In this document: piece after piece, positions 39,701 through 48,308 of the stretch
Layout of the letters: each line of letters opens with the position of its first letter
How positions within the stretch are numbered: position 1 is the first letter of the stretch
IMG/VR virus record: IMGVR_UViG_3300033067_001948
Span: 1-50,740 of that record
Length of the DNA: 50,740 nt
Source of the DNA: a virus
Lineage: Duplodnaviria; Caudoviricetes
Reading direction: 5' to 3' (one strand)
Notes under the pieces: generated by a model
What the model saw: only the letters and a program-made list of their open reading frames with translations
Databases searched by the model: none
What the model was told of the DNA's origin: nothing
Position numbers and translations under genes: made by a program

Positions 39701-40443
39701 TCGACGGGCATGACTCTTGCTCGAACTTCTATTTTTCGCCGTACATCTGGCACGACGGTTATTCGAGCACGGCCTATGCTGTCCGCTTGGCTTACGCCGA
39801 CTCGAACACGTTCTACAGCCCGAACTTCTACGGTGGGCCATCGGACGGCAGCGGCCTGAGTAAGGGCGTGTTTTTCGATAACGCGGCACTGTCCGGTCCA
39901 CACAACTACTTCCCAACCGCAAACGTGTTTCACCGACCGGTGAGTCACCAGGGGTGGAGCGGCACGACGGGAACCGGCGCGAACAGTATCACGGACAAGC
40001 AGCTCGGTGACTGCTATCGCAATTGTGATCCGACCACGTCGCTAACAAGCGGCACGCTGCCACAAATCACCGAGACCGGCGGCTCGATCAAAAACTATCT
40101 CGGCATCAATCTGCTCGGCACACTGACCACGAAGAGCGGCGGATCGTCCTTCACGGCACTCAAGCATGTCGATGCCTCGAACACCGAGATTTTCTCGATC
40201 AGGCGCGGCACTGCCTACATGGAGATCTACAGCTTTGATGACGTCTCTTTCATCAACAGCGGAGCGGTACGCGGGAAGTTCAAGATCTATCACGGCACGT
40301 CGCAACCATTCGCCTGCAGCGGAAGCACCTTTGAAGGCGGCCTCTGGATCGACACCACACGGTCAGGGACCGGAGACATTGTTAAGGTCTGCGCTGCCAA
40401 TAATGCCGGCACGCTCGCCTGGCGGACGATCAGCACGTTTTAG
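36775..40443 (+). CDS. tail fibre/tailspike with pectate-lyase-3-like domain and signal peptide
   Basis: MIRILLWLLLANQAAA-Q leader; fibre motifs (GGTGQTSL..HGVLIGNGT, TFLRGD); NVRSYGAVGDCSTNDATAIQNAINAA. Confidence 0.85.
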   Translation: MIRILLWLLLANQAAAQSITRVQTLEVSAPSATEGGRIRFRDAANPSHSLTILAPASFPSQTWRLPATQAAGPLCNDGLGNLTWSGCGGGGGGTGDFSTNTTTSAAGEMVVYADTTGKLGGRSLFILAGPATTAKTYTFPNQNSTMAAINNVQTWSAAQTINGGLLIVDNFGNAQHNHTNGVNGGQITDAALSAAVTVPKGGTGQTSLSAHGVLIGNGTSAVTVSSAGTSGYCFVSNGASADPTFQICPTGGGNVAVSGSTTNGNIPYWSSTGGTLHATGLAYGQAASGLSLVQRDSGGAIVIAGLTATTGTFTNIVAITPSTATTALAIRRGTLGQTDPIATFSDQSGNVLSSIDKDGKFPATMLLGTVPIANLGSSGTPSSSTFLRGDNVWATPAGAGTVTNTGTLTSGRIIKGNGGTDITVGDLTGVVTTSGGMTTSFASSSGSGAVILQTNATLASTTVLNGKFNSLYGSTSAAPVIEFLNAVGDVNYLQVQSNISGQSVYLTAAGSDANVNLTLGPKGSGKLILGAVGAVSINGGSVGQFLRTDGFGGLSWQTVSGTGTVTTIETTLPIVGGPINTSGFISCPTCVTSAAALTANRIMLGNGSQVATTMTSLGTTTQVLHGNASGVPSWGPVSLSSDVSGTLPVGNGGIGTITLTAHGVLIGNGTGAIAATTAGLAGQCLVSNGASADPTFQSCPGSGGTGDVSATGATTSGRIPFWSVTNKTLDAVGYAVSSTTNTASAIIIRDPLSAAVFFDKGGQTINVRSYGAVGDCSTNDATAIQNAINAAQTSSSGVTEVLLDGSCFAISNGLTIGNGVADTGSSAATESTRRQIIMRGQGGRGVDSARTGSTRIKWIGGSTGTELTIQGPMNPGPVLENITFDGNGGSNVTGINQINASHSYWNNISIINARLGVNMTANARGNVPYGNCDNSYYNLTISTTVSGGSGINLDGLDVGTPTDLDDPSHGGSYSNIDGHDSCSNFYFSPYIWHDGYSSTAYAVRLAYADSNTFYSPNFYGGPSDGSGLSKGVFFDNAALSGPHNYFPTANVFHRPVSHQGWSGTTGTGANSITDKQLGDCYRNCDPTTSLTSGTLPQITETGGSIKNYLGINLLGTLTTKSGGSSFTALKHVDASNTEIFSIRRGTAYMEIYSFDDVSFINSGAVRGKFKIYHGTSQPFACSGSTFEGGLWIDTTRSGTGDIVKVCAANNAGTLAWRTISTF

Positions 40444-40493
40444 CTGGCAATAAAGAAATCGCATTGACCAATCTGCCCGAAAGGAAAAACAGA

Positions 40494-40925
40494 ATGCGAA
40501 TTCTCCAAATCGCTGCCCTTACCGCGCTCTTTGCGCTTGCCCGCGTCTCCGCACAGGAAGCCACGCCTCCGGCCGAATCCACTCCCGCTCCCGCGGCGGC
40601 CGCCAAACCGAAGGACACCCCGAAACCTCCCAAGCCCATCGACAAGGCGACGGCTCACGAGCTGAGCCAGATGCAGACCGAACTCTACCGCATCGAGGCG
40701 GAGTATCGCTCCCTCAACTCGCAACTGCTGGAACGCCAGGACTCGACCTACAAGCGCCTCCAGGAAACGATGGAGACCCGGAAGGGCGAGTTCGATAAGG
40801 CTGTGACCGCTTACCGGACCAAGCTGACCGAAGTGAAGAAAAAGAGCGGGGCGGCCGACGCCTGCGATATCGATCTGAAGCAAGAGTGGAACTGTCCGAA
40901 GGACGCAAAACCGCCGGCGAAGTAG
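40494..40925 (+). CDS. exported coiled-coil protein
   Basis: MRILQIAALTALFALARVSA-Q, Pro linker, coiled coil, C-terminal Cys pair; AAGGA RBS. Confidence 0.75.
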   Translation: MRILQIAALTALFALARVSAQEATPPAESTPAPAAAAKPKDTPKPPKPIDKATAHELSQMQTELYRIEAEYRSLNSQLLERQDSTYKRLQETMETRKGEFDKAVTAYRTKLTEVKKKSGAADACDIDLKQEWNCPKDAKPPAK

Positions 40926-40940
40926 TGGCAATTACCGGGC

Positions 40941-41471
40941 GTGACCAACCCGGTTCAAAACATTCGGATCGAATCGCCGTTTCCGGCGTTCGCACTCCCC
41001 AGACTCTGGACGTGGATGCAGGAATTCCGCTGGAGGGTATCTGACGACTATGGTCCTCAGAACCTGGACCAGTGCGTAGACCTCTGGGAGCGAATCCTTC
41101 AGACACAACAGACGTGGGCGGTGTACCGGGACAAAGAACTCGGCGGCGTCTTCAACTTTCAACTGATCAGTCCGGTTACCGGCGTGATTCACTGCATGTT
41201 CGCGAAGCGACTGTGGGGACACGCCGTAACTGTTCCTGCCGTCAAGATGGTGACTGCGGAGATCTTCAGGAGCGGCGTGAACAAGATCTGCGGCTATCCC
41301 TTTGCGGACAATGTGCAGCTGCTGCATTTGATGCGCCAGGTTGGCTATGTGAAAGAGGGAGTGCTGCGACAGCAGACGCTGCGGCAGGGTAAGCCCACCG
41401 ACATGCTGGCCGTGGGCATCCTCAAATCGGATTTCGAAGCAAGGTTTAACTCTCAAGCGGAGGTGGCGTAA
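40941..41471 (+). CDS. GNAT (RimJ/RimL-like) acetyltransferase
   Basis: DNVQLLHLMRQVGYVKEGVLRQ...DMLAVGIL; usual position before podoviral ejection genes. Confidence 0.85.
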   Translation: MTNPVQNIRIESPFPAFALPRLWTWMQEFRWRVSDDYGPQNLDQCVDLWERILQTQQTWAVYRDKELGGVFNFQLISPVTGVIHCMFAKRLWGHAVTVPAVKMVTAEIFRSGVNKICGYPFADNVQLLHLMRQVGYVKEGVLRQQTLRQGKPTDMLAVGILKSDFEARFNSQAEVA

Positions 41472-42187
41472 TGCCTGTCGGCGCACTGGTTCCATTGATT
41501 ACCACGGGTGTCTCAGCGATCGCGGGTGCGGTCAGTAACTCAAAGGGGGCGCGAACGGCTCAAACCAGCTCGGCGCAACGCTCATCGAGCAGCCAGTCTG
41601 GCGGATCGCGGCGCGTGCTCACCGACTCGCAGGCGTCTCTGCAGCAGCCCCTGTTTCAGGAGGCGATCCGCAGGATTACCGATCCGGCGAGCGTTGTCGC
41701 TCCATTGCGTGCAGGTGTCCGGGAGAACATCAACCAGAACTTCTCTGGTGTTCCTGATTTACTGCGCACCAAATACACGCCCTCCGGAGGCGGCGCAAGC
41801 GGGAAGCTCGGCAAGGCGGCCACCGGGGCGGAGCTGGCTAGGCTCCGGGCGCTCAGCAATTCGGACAACGATTTTGCGAAGTTGGTGCTCGACGTGCAGA
41901 ACGGCGGACTCGATTTCGGCCGAAGCCTCTATGGAATGAACGAAGGCACCGATACCTGGGAATCCCGCAGCCAGACGAGCGAAGGCAACGGGACACAGGT
42001 GAACCCGGGCAGCGCACTCGGCGGCGGCCTCACCGGCGGCCTTCAAATGTTCAGCATGCTCGACACGTTGAACCGGTTTCTGAACGGCGGAGGATTGTTC
42101 AGCGGTGGCGGCGGTGGTGGTGGCTTTACGGGATTTGGCGGAGGAAGCGGCTCGCAGTGGGGCAGCTTCGGCGACTGGGGAGGTTAA
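41471..42187 (+). CDS. DNA ejection (internal virion) protein 1
   Basis: hydrophobic Gly/Ala N-terminus, Ser/Gln tract, Gly-rich C-terminus; P22 gp7-like position. Confidence 0.65.
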   Translation: MPVGALVPLITTGVSAIAGAVSNSKGARTAQTSSAQRSSSSQSGGSRRVLTDSQASLQQPLFQEAIRRITDPASVVAPLRAGVRENINQNFSGVPDLLRTKYTPSGGGASGKLGKAATGAELARLRALSNSDNDFAKLVLDVQNGGLDFGRSLYGMNEGTDTWESRSQTSEGNGTQVNPGSALGGGLTGGLQMFSMLDTLNRFLNGGGLFSGGGGGGGFTGFGGGSGSQWGSFGDWGG

Positions 42188-42190
42188 GAC

Positions 42191-43741
42191 GTGGAATATC
42201 CGATTTCTCATGTGATCAGCGGGATGATGCAGGGCGCGCAGCTCGGCCAGATGCTTCGCCACCAGGCGATGCAAAACGAGATCATGGACCGGCAGCGCAT
42301 CCAGCTCGCACGCGAGCAGGAAATGGAGGATGTGCGCAACCAGATGCTGATCAGTCAGCATACCCGGCCGATCGAGGCCGGCATGGTGAGCGAAGATCTT
42401 CCTACGCCCTCCCTGCAGCAAACCGCGGATCCCGGAAATCCGAGTCTTTCGATGACTCCCACCAGGGGATCGTTGCGCCGCAAGGCGGACCCCTCTCGCA
42501 CCGTGAAGGTGAAGACACGCGACGGCCAGACGATCATGGGAGAGCTGTACTCTCCGGAAGAACAGATGCAGCGGCAGACCGCGATGGAGGCGAACCGCCA
42601 GCACGACCTGGCGAGCGCGGCGTTGCCGGATCACATCAACCGGATGCTAGCGGAAACTCGCGCCAAGCAATCGCTCGCCGATGAGGATCTGCAGAAGAAC
42701 GGCATCGAGCTCTCGCCTGAGATCTCAAAGACTCTCGGCGTACCGGAGCGTAAGAAATTCCAGCCGAGCCAGATTGACGAAATGGCGCGGGCGGCGGGCT
42801 CTTACGAGAATTACAAAAGCATCATCAAACAGCGAGATGCAAAGCCCACTCTCACTGTTCGAAGCTCCCACATGACCGCTGACGACAACGGCAATCAGAC
42901 CATCATTCAGGAAATGAGTGACGGCTCCATCGTTGAGAAACAACTGAACGCAAAAGGCAAGACGAAATCCGTCGCATCGACGAGCGACGAGAGCGCAATG
43001 GATCTCTCGGAGACCGCGAAGGATCAACTGGCGAAGATGTTCGCTGATTCCGGCAACCTCCCGCCGCTTGGCATGGGCAAAACAGCAACAAAGCTGCGTA
43101 GTGAAATCCTGAACCGAGCCGCGGAGAAGTACGGCAACATCGACCTGGCGACAAACAGGGCCGCATACGAAGCGAACCGGCGATCGCTGGCGAATCTGCA
43201 GAAACAACAGGATTCCATCGAGGCATTTGAGAGCACCGCCGGCAAGAACCTTGATCAGTTTCTGGAGACCGCGAAGGCCGTCGTTGATTCGGGTTCGCCG
43301 CTGGTCAACTCTCCGCTTCGCTCGATCAATGAAAAGCTGCTCGGCGCTGACAAGCAGACGGCGTTCAAAACGGCGCGCCAGGTCGCGGTCACCGAAATCG
43401 CGAAGGTACTCAACAACCCAAACGGCTCGGCGGCGCTGAGCGACAGCGCGCGTCACGAAGTGCAGGACCTGATTGGACCGAACGCCACGCTGAAACAGAT
43501 CTATTCCGCTGCGAAGATCCTACGCACAGACATGCACAATCGCAGAATAGCGGGACAGGAACAGATCAACGCCATCAACAAGCGGTTAGGTGCATCGAGC
43601 GGCGGAGCTTCACCAAATTTACCGAAGGGAAACGGGAAAGCGATCGACAAGGCTACCGCAACGCAGTTCTATGAGGCATCCGGGCGCGATCCGGCAAAGG
43701 CGAAGAAGATGGCGGAGGAAGCCGGCTGGAAGGTGAACTAA
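42191..43741 (+). CDS. DNA ejection protein 2
   Basis: Q/M-rich helical protein, position. Confidence 0.6.
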   Translation: MEYPISHVISGMMQGAQLGQMLRHQAMQNEIMDRQRIQLAREQEMEDVRNQMLISQHTRPIEAGMVSEDLPTPSLQQTADPGNPSLSMTPTRGSLRRKADPSRTVKVKTRDGQTIMGELYSPEEQMQRQTAMEANRQHDLASAALPDHINRMLAETRAKQSLADEDLQKNGIELSPEISKTLGVPERKKFQPSQIDEMARAAGSYENYKSIIKQRDAKPTLTVRSSHMTADDNGNQTIIQEMSDGSIVEKQLNAKGKTKSVASTSDESAMDLSETAKDQLAKMFADSGNLPPLGMGKTATKLRSEILNRAAEKYGNIDLATNRAAYEANRRSLANLQKQQDSIEAFESTAGKNLDQFLETAKAVVDSGSPLVNSPLRSINEKLLGADKQTAFKTARQVAVTEIAKVLNNPNGSAALSDSARHEVQDLIGPNATLKQIYSAAKILRTDMHNRRIAGQEQINAINKRLGASSGGASPNLPKGNGKAIDKATATQFYEASGRDPAKAKKMAEEAGWKVN

Positions 43742-43742
43742 C

Positions 43743-45188
43743 GTGCCGAGCGTGTTTGACGAGATCCACAAAGAACAGAAAGGCGCGAACCAGAACGGCG
43801 GAGACGTCTTCTCGCAGATCCACGCAGAAACCCAAGGGGCGGCAACCTCGGACACTCCGAAACCTGACCAGATGGACACGGGAGAAACGTTCCTCGGCGA
43901 GGTAGGAAAGGCGCTCAATCCCGTCACGATGGCGCAAGGGGCGGCAAATGCGGTGATGCACCCGATCGATACCGCAAAAGGTATAGTGCAGCTTTCCGCG
44001 GACCAGCTCACAAAGGCCAAAGACGCGTTTTCGAAGGGTCAGATGTCCGAAGCGTTCGGACATCTGCTCGGCGCGTTCCCGGTGATCGGACCGGCCGCGG
44101 CGGCCGCCGGCGAAACGATGGGAGGCACACCCCCTCAGCTCGATAAGTTCGGCAACGTGGTCGAATCCGGAAAAGCGCCGAATGTCGGAGCGGGACTCGG
44201 CAAAGGCGTCGCCGCGATCGCCGGCGTGCTTGCGCCCGGCGCCGTCAAAGGCGTGAAGGCGAAGCTCGGTTCTGAGGCGGGCGCGAACGCGTTGTACAAG
44301 GGAGCGCTAAAGCCTCCACCTGGCGCCGATCTCAACGAAGTGCGAACGGCTGTCTCTACTGGGCTCGAGAACGGGATTCCCGTGACGGAAGCCGGAGCGC
44401 AGAAACTAACCGATCTGGTAAACGACTTGAATACTACGATTCGCGCCAAGATTGCGGCTAAGCCTGGCTCAACCATCGATCCGAACGCGGTCGCTGTCCG
44501 CATGACGGATCCGCGATCACGGTTTTCTCAGCAGGTGAACCCTTCGAAGGATCTGAAGGCGATCAACGCGTCCGAACAGGAGTTTTTAGAGCAGCAGGGC
44601 GCCCGGCCTGGTCAACCGGCGATTGCTCCGCAGGCATCCAGCATCCTCGGGCCCAACGGGAAACCGGTGATGACACCTGGAAGCCCTGCGGTACCTCCGA
44701 CACCGGCACGTCCTATGTCTGGCACCCGGGCGCAGGATCTGAAAGTGGGAACGTATCAGCAGCTGCGCGCGAAATACGGCGAGCTGTCGAGTGCACAGGT
44801 GGAAGCACAGAAGGCCCTGGCGCGCGGCTTGAAGGAAGAGCTGGATGTGGCATTTCCGGAGATCACTGCACTCAACAAGGCCGAATCAAATCTTTTGGGC
44901 TTGCAGCCGATGATTGAGCGCGCAGTGGGAAGAGCGGCCAACGGCGAAGGGCTTACCGTTCACGGCGGAGTCATGGCGACTGCGACAAGCGCAATGAAAT
45001 CGGTTTTTAGCAGCCCTGCAATCAAATCGCGCCTTGCGCTCGCGTTGTATCGAGGAAGCAAGAAGGGCGCCAACCCTCTAACGATGCCGGCAGCGACGGC
45101 ACGCGTGAATCTCTTTCTGAAAAGCCTGGACGAGTCGGAAACAGACTCAGCAGAGCAGCAGCGATCGAGAACGTCGCGAATGGAGTAA
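43743..45188 (+). CDS. DNA ejection protein 3
   Basis: SVFDEI/DVFSQI repeats, Ala/Gly-rich membrane-like segments. Confidence 0.6.
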   Translation: MPSVFDEIHKEQKGANQNGGDVFSQIHAETQGAATSDTPKPDQMDTGETFLGEVGKALNPVTMAQGAANAVMHPIDTAKGIVQLSADQLTKAKDAFSKGQMSEAFGHLLGAFPVIGPAAAAAGETMGGTPPQLDKFGNVVESGKAPNVGAGLGKGVAAIAGVLAPGAVKGVKAKLGSEAGANALYKGALKPPPGADLNEVRTAVSTGLENGIPVTEAGAQKLTDLVNDLNTTIRAKIAAKPGSTIDPNAVAVRMTDPRSRFSQQVNPSKDLKAINASEQEFLEQQGARPGQPAIAPQASSILGPNGKPVMTPGSPAVPPTPARPMSGTRAQDLKVGTYQQLRAKYGELSSAQVEAQKALARGLKEELDVAFPEITALNKAESNLLGLQPMIERAVGRAANGEGLTVHGGVMATATSAMKSVFSSPAIKSRLALALYRGSKKGANPLTMPAATARVNLFLKSLDESETDSAEQQRSRTSRME

Positions 45189-45219
45189 GCGCCCTGGCAA
45201 TTAGCCAGGCGAGGAATGA

Positions 45220-45426
45220 ATGGTCGCATGGCTGCTTTTACAACAGGATCTCTTACCGGGGGGTTACGAGAAGCTCGGGATCATCGGGCTCTTGCTGGCC
45301 GCGGTGATTTATCTGGTGCGGGAGAACCGGCAGAAGGACCGGCTGCTGATGGAAGCGCTGATGTCAGTGGAGCAAACGCCAGAAGTGTTGAAGGGCCTGA
45401 AGGACGAAATCGCACGGCTCAAATAA
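45220..45426 (+). CDS. holin-like membrane protein
   Basis: one TM (LGIIGLLLAAVIYLV) plus charged coiled tail at the end of the late region. Confidence 0.5.
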   Translation: MVAWLLLQQDLLPGGYEKLGIIGLLLAAVIYLVRENRQKDRLLMEALMSVEQTPEVLKGLKDEIARLK

Positions 45427-45490
45427 GCCTGTCGGCGAAGGAAATCAGACAGCGCTTGCGCGGAGTGCGCGAGCGAATGACCGCTCTCGT

Positions 45491-45838
45491 CTAGGGAACC
45501 GTCACGTCTTTGTTCACCGTGAGCGAACCGTTAACACTCGCCTCGATGTGAAGCGCGGCCGTCGCGGTTGCTCTCTTGAGAAGCACGGTGATGCTCTCGG
45601 CTCCGACAGAATAGCCGATAACAAAACCTGAAGTGTTTCCTGCGATGGTTGTGAGGTTCACTTTCGCTCCGCTGAGGATCGGCTTGCCCTGCGTCTGGCA
45701 GTCGAGCTGAACGTCCGTGGCCGCGGTTGCAGGCGTGAACACGGCCGTGCACCTCGAACCAGTCGCGACGTCCAGGATGCTGGTGCTCTGCGCGATCGCC
45801 AGCACTGAGAAAAGAAACAGCAGTCGAAACAGCTTCAT
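45491..45838 (-). CDS. small exported beta protein
   Basis: MKLFRLLFLFSVLAIA-Q, one Cys pair, GGAGG RBS. Confidence 0.7.
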   Translation of the reverse strand: MKLFRLLFLFSVLAIAQSTSILDVATGSRCTAVFTPATAATDVQLDCQTQGKPILSGAKVNLTTIAGNTSGFVIGYSVGAESITVLLKRATATAALHIEASVNGSLTVNKDVTVP

Positions 45839-46257
45839 ACACGCGCCTCCATCTCCGGAAGAATCCATATCTGCCCGCATTGCTCAGCCCGCGTCCGGCG
45901 AGCGTTCGCGTAGTGCTGGCGAGTGTCATGCACCAGGTGGCAACGCTGGCAAAGAGCCGCCAGGTTGGCTTCATCGTTGTTGGTGTGATCGTGATCGAGG
46001 TGTGCGATTGTCAGCACGCAACGAATCACACGGTAGGAATCACCGATTGGTGGTTTGATGACGTATCCGCCGCGGTGGTCTCTCCATACCTTGGTGTCGA
46101 GCAGACACCAGTAACCGCCAAACGTTACGAGCATCTTCTGCGCGTTCGGCTTTTTGCACCGCTCGCAACGGTTCCCAGCGCGGGCGATAATTTGCGCGTG
46201 GATTTCGAGCCAGGCAGGCGAAGTGTAAAAGGCGCGCAACTCTGGACGGATGGGCAT
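45835..46257 (-). CDS. HNH endonuclease-like protein
   Basis: CERC...LTIAHLDHDHTNN...NLAALCQRCH. Confidence 0.85.
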   Translation of the reverse strand: MPIRPELRAFYTSPAWLEIHAQIIARAGNRCERCKKPNAQKMLVTFGGYWCLLDTKVWRDHRGGYVIKPPIGDSYRVIRCVLTIAHLDHDHTNNDEANLAALCQRCHLVHDTRQHYANARRTRAEQCGQIWILPEMEARV

Positions 46258-46713
46258 TCATTGCACCTCCGACCAGGCGTTCCAGTGATTCACGCAGTAG
46301 TGGCGATCGTCGCCAACCTCGCGAACGTGGAGATCACAGGCGGGCGAATCGCAGGTAGCCGTTCTGATCACACGAACCTTTTGCGAGACGTGGAATCGAG
46401 TGTAGACCTCAGTTCCGACCAGCCTCGCTCGCCCAACGGGGCATCGCGTTAGACAGAGCCTGAAATCGAAAAGATCAGCATGGGCGCGAATGTCGATTAC
46501 CCTGCCGATCGACTCGGTATAGTTCACGATGAGATCTCCGTGGCGAACATCGTGAGGCTTCACGGGCACCGGTTTCTCGACAGGCCAGTCACACAGAAAC
46601 TCTCCACGCGCGTTGCAGAATACGCACCGCTTCGGCTTCGGCAAGTTGCCGCAGAGAATGACCTTCGATCCCGCTAATGGGCCATCGCTTGGTGTGTAGA
46701 TGTGGCAGGACAT
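46258..46713 (-). CDS. Cys-rich hypothetical protein
   Basis: CVFC...LCDWP...TCDSPACDLH...YCVNH. Confidence 0.65.
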   Translation of the reverse strand: MSCHIYTPSDGPLAGSKVILCGNLPKPKRCVFCNARGEFLCDWPVEKPVPVKPHDVRHGDLIVNYTESIGRVIDIRAHADLFDFRLCLTRCPVGRARLVGTEVYTRFHVSQKVRVIRTATCDSPACDLHVREVGDDRHYCVNHWNAWSEVQ

Positions 46714-46859
46714 GGTGACTGGTCCACAGGGAGGGAGAAGGGAAGCGTTGCTGAATGGACCTTATCCCCCATACGCTTCCGCAACTCCCCGATGCCTGTT
46801 ACGAGCAGGGCCCTTTCTTCCCGCCTTTGCTTCCACCAGCTTTGGCAGGGGCGGTTTTC

Positions 46860-47060
46860 TTACTTGCTTTCGCCGACGTCTTGGACGCCGCCGCTTTCGT
46901 TGAAGTCTTTGCTGCAGCCATCGTGTGATTCTCCTTTGTTGATCGTTGCTGCCTGTGCAGCCCCTGGATTTACAGGCCCCTTCGTGTCGGGGAGGATTGA
47001 GGCGTACAGGCTGTTGCGCTTTGCGAGCGCGGCCATGATGTCGCGAGCTTTCTGGGTCAT
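46860..47060 (-). CDS. hypothetical protein
   Basis: 66 aa, ATGA overlap with the methylase, GAGGA RBS. Confidence 0.5.
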   Translation of the reverse strand: MTQKARDIMAALAKRNSLYASILPDTKGPVNPGAAQAATINKGESHDGCSKDFNESGGVQDVGESK

Positions 47061-47539
47061 GCGCGTCCTCGAAAAATAAGCAGCATGGAAGGAAACGGAG
47101 CGCGCTTCCTCCGGTTGTCATCGAACGACAACCGACCCTGAAGAAAACGGATTTCTGCCCTATCAAGGCAGTACTGGTGAAACCACTTCGTATCGGTGCG
47201 GGCGGGAAGGAGCATCACCACGGTCAGAAAGTGCATCGCGTTTTCGGCATGGGCCTTATAAATCCACCAGGGAAGTTCCTTGCCGTAGGGTGGATTGCAC
47301 CAGACTGCGCCCTGCTCCAAGGGCACCCAGGGCCTAATCAGCGCATTGGAGATTGATGGATCTATGTGCTCAATGCCCGGCCGCGGAAGATTCTTACTGG
47401 TTGCACACGCGTCCAGGGTGAAGTGAAATTCACGATCCAACATCTCAAACAATTGGCGAGGCGTCGACCAATCTGTTCGAACCGATGACATTACTCCTGC
47501 GTTCCAGCGGCGCCCTACTGCTGCGGCCGTGTCGATCAT
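47057..47539 (-). CDS. phage DNA N6-adenine methyltransferase (Dam-like)
   Basis: DWSTP, FTLDACA, VWCNPPYG, MLLPARTDTKWF, APFPS. Confidence 0.92.
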   Translation of the reverse strand: MIDTAAAVGRRWNAGVMSSVRTDWSTPRQLFEMLDREFHFTLDACATSKNLPRPGIEHIDPSISNALIRPWVPLEQGAVWCNPPYGKELPWWIYKAHAENAMHFLTVVMLLPARTDTKWFHQYCLDRAEIRFLQGRLSFDDNRRKRAPFPSMLLIFRGRA

Positions 47540-47654
47540 ATGCGCCTCGCAAGAGGACGCGCGGCCACGGACTTCACCGGCAGGACCGCGCGTCCCCGAG
47601 GGACTTCCACCCTCGGCTGTTCACTCTTCTTTGCGGAGGGTATGACAATAGGTT

Positions 47655-48185
47655 TCATGCGCCTCGCTCCAGCCGTTCCAGAGCAGCCCTTGCAGCAGCG
47701 CGCTCATGTTCCGTGGCTCCGTTCTCCGCGAGATTGCGAACGGCCGCCATCTTCGCTTCACGTCCATCCGGAGGAGCTGCCGGCGGAGCGATCCGTTTGA
47801 AGCCCGTGTACTGCTCACCATTCACCACGCCGTAGCGATCGACAGCCCGCAGCGCTTCGAGGCTCATGGCGATCGCGTACAGGTTTTCTTCATACGAACC
47901 AAACCGGACAGCACGGAAAGTATGGAGATCGCCTTTCACGCCGCGGCGGAATTGGAGAATCACGCCAGGGTGTTCGGGACGTGCAGAGCTGCGGGGCCAA
48001 CCATCGAGACGAATATCCTCAGCCCGGTAACCCGCCTGGATGGTCACGTCGATCGCGCCAAGGTGTTTCAGCTCGCGATCGAGAAGGTTCAGGATGCGGC
48101 TGTAGAAGCCGCCTCCCCGTTTGAACTGGCTGCGCGCGTAGAGCAGCCCGGAAGGGCGGACCAGTGGAACGAATCTGGCGTCCAT
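47655..48185 (-). CDS. conserved phage hypothetical protein
   Basis: HPGVILQF...ENLYAIAMSLEALRAVDRYGV...QYTGF; C-terminal ATEHERAAAR. Confidence 0.7.
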   Translation of the reverse strand: MDARFVPLVRPSGLLYARSQFKRGGGFYSRILNLLDRELKHLGAIDVTIQAGYRAEDIRLDGWPRSSARPEHPGVILQFRRGVKGDLHTFRAVRFGSYEENLYAIAMSLEALRAVDRYGVVNGEQYTGFKRIAPPAAPPDGREAKMAAVRNLAENGATEHERAAARAALERLERGA

Positions 48186-48308
48186 TTCTTCACGGCTTCC
48201 GCAAACGCGCTACGAACGCCCGCACGCCGATCGCAACCACCACAAAGATCATCGCCGAGACGGCGGCGCTCAACAGCTCTTCGCGATACATCGGAACGCC
48301 CTGCAGGA

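Noticed and set aside
36775-40443. Diversity-generating retroelement or invertible fibre cassette
   Set aside because: No reverse transcriptase, no near-identical template/variable repeat pair and no inverted fibre copies seen
46714-46860. Possible structured ncRNA (GGAAGCGT...ACGCTTCC)
   Set aside because: Only one short stem and no recognisable family
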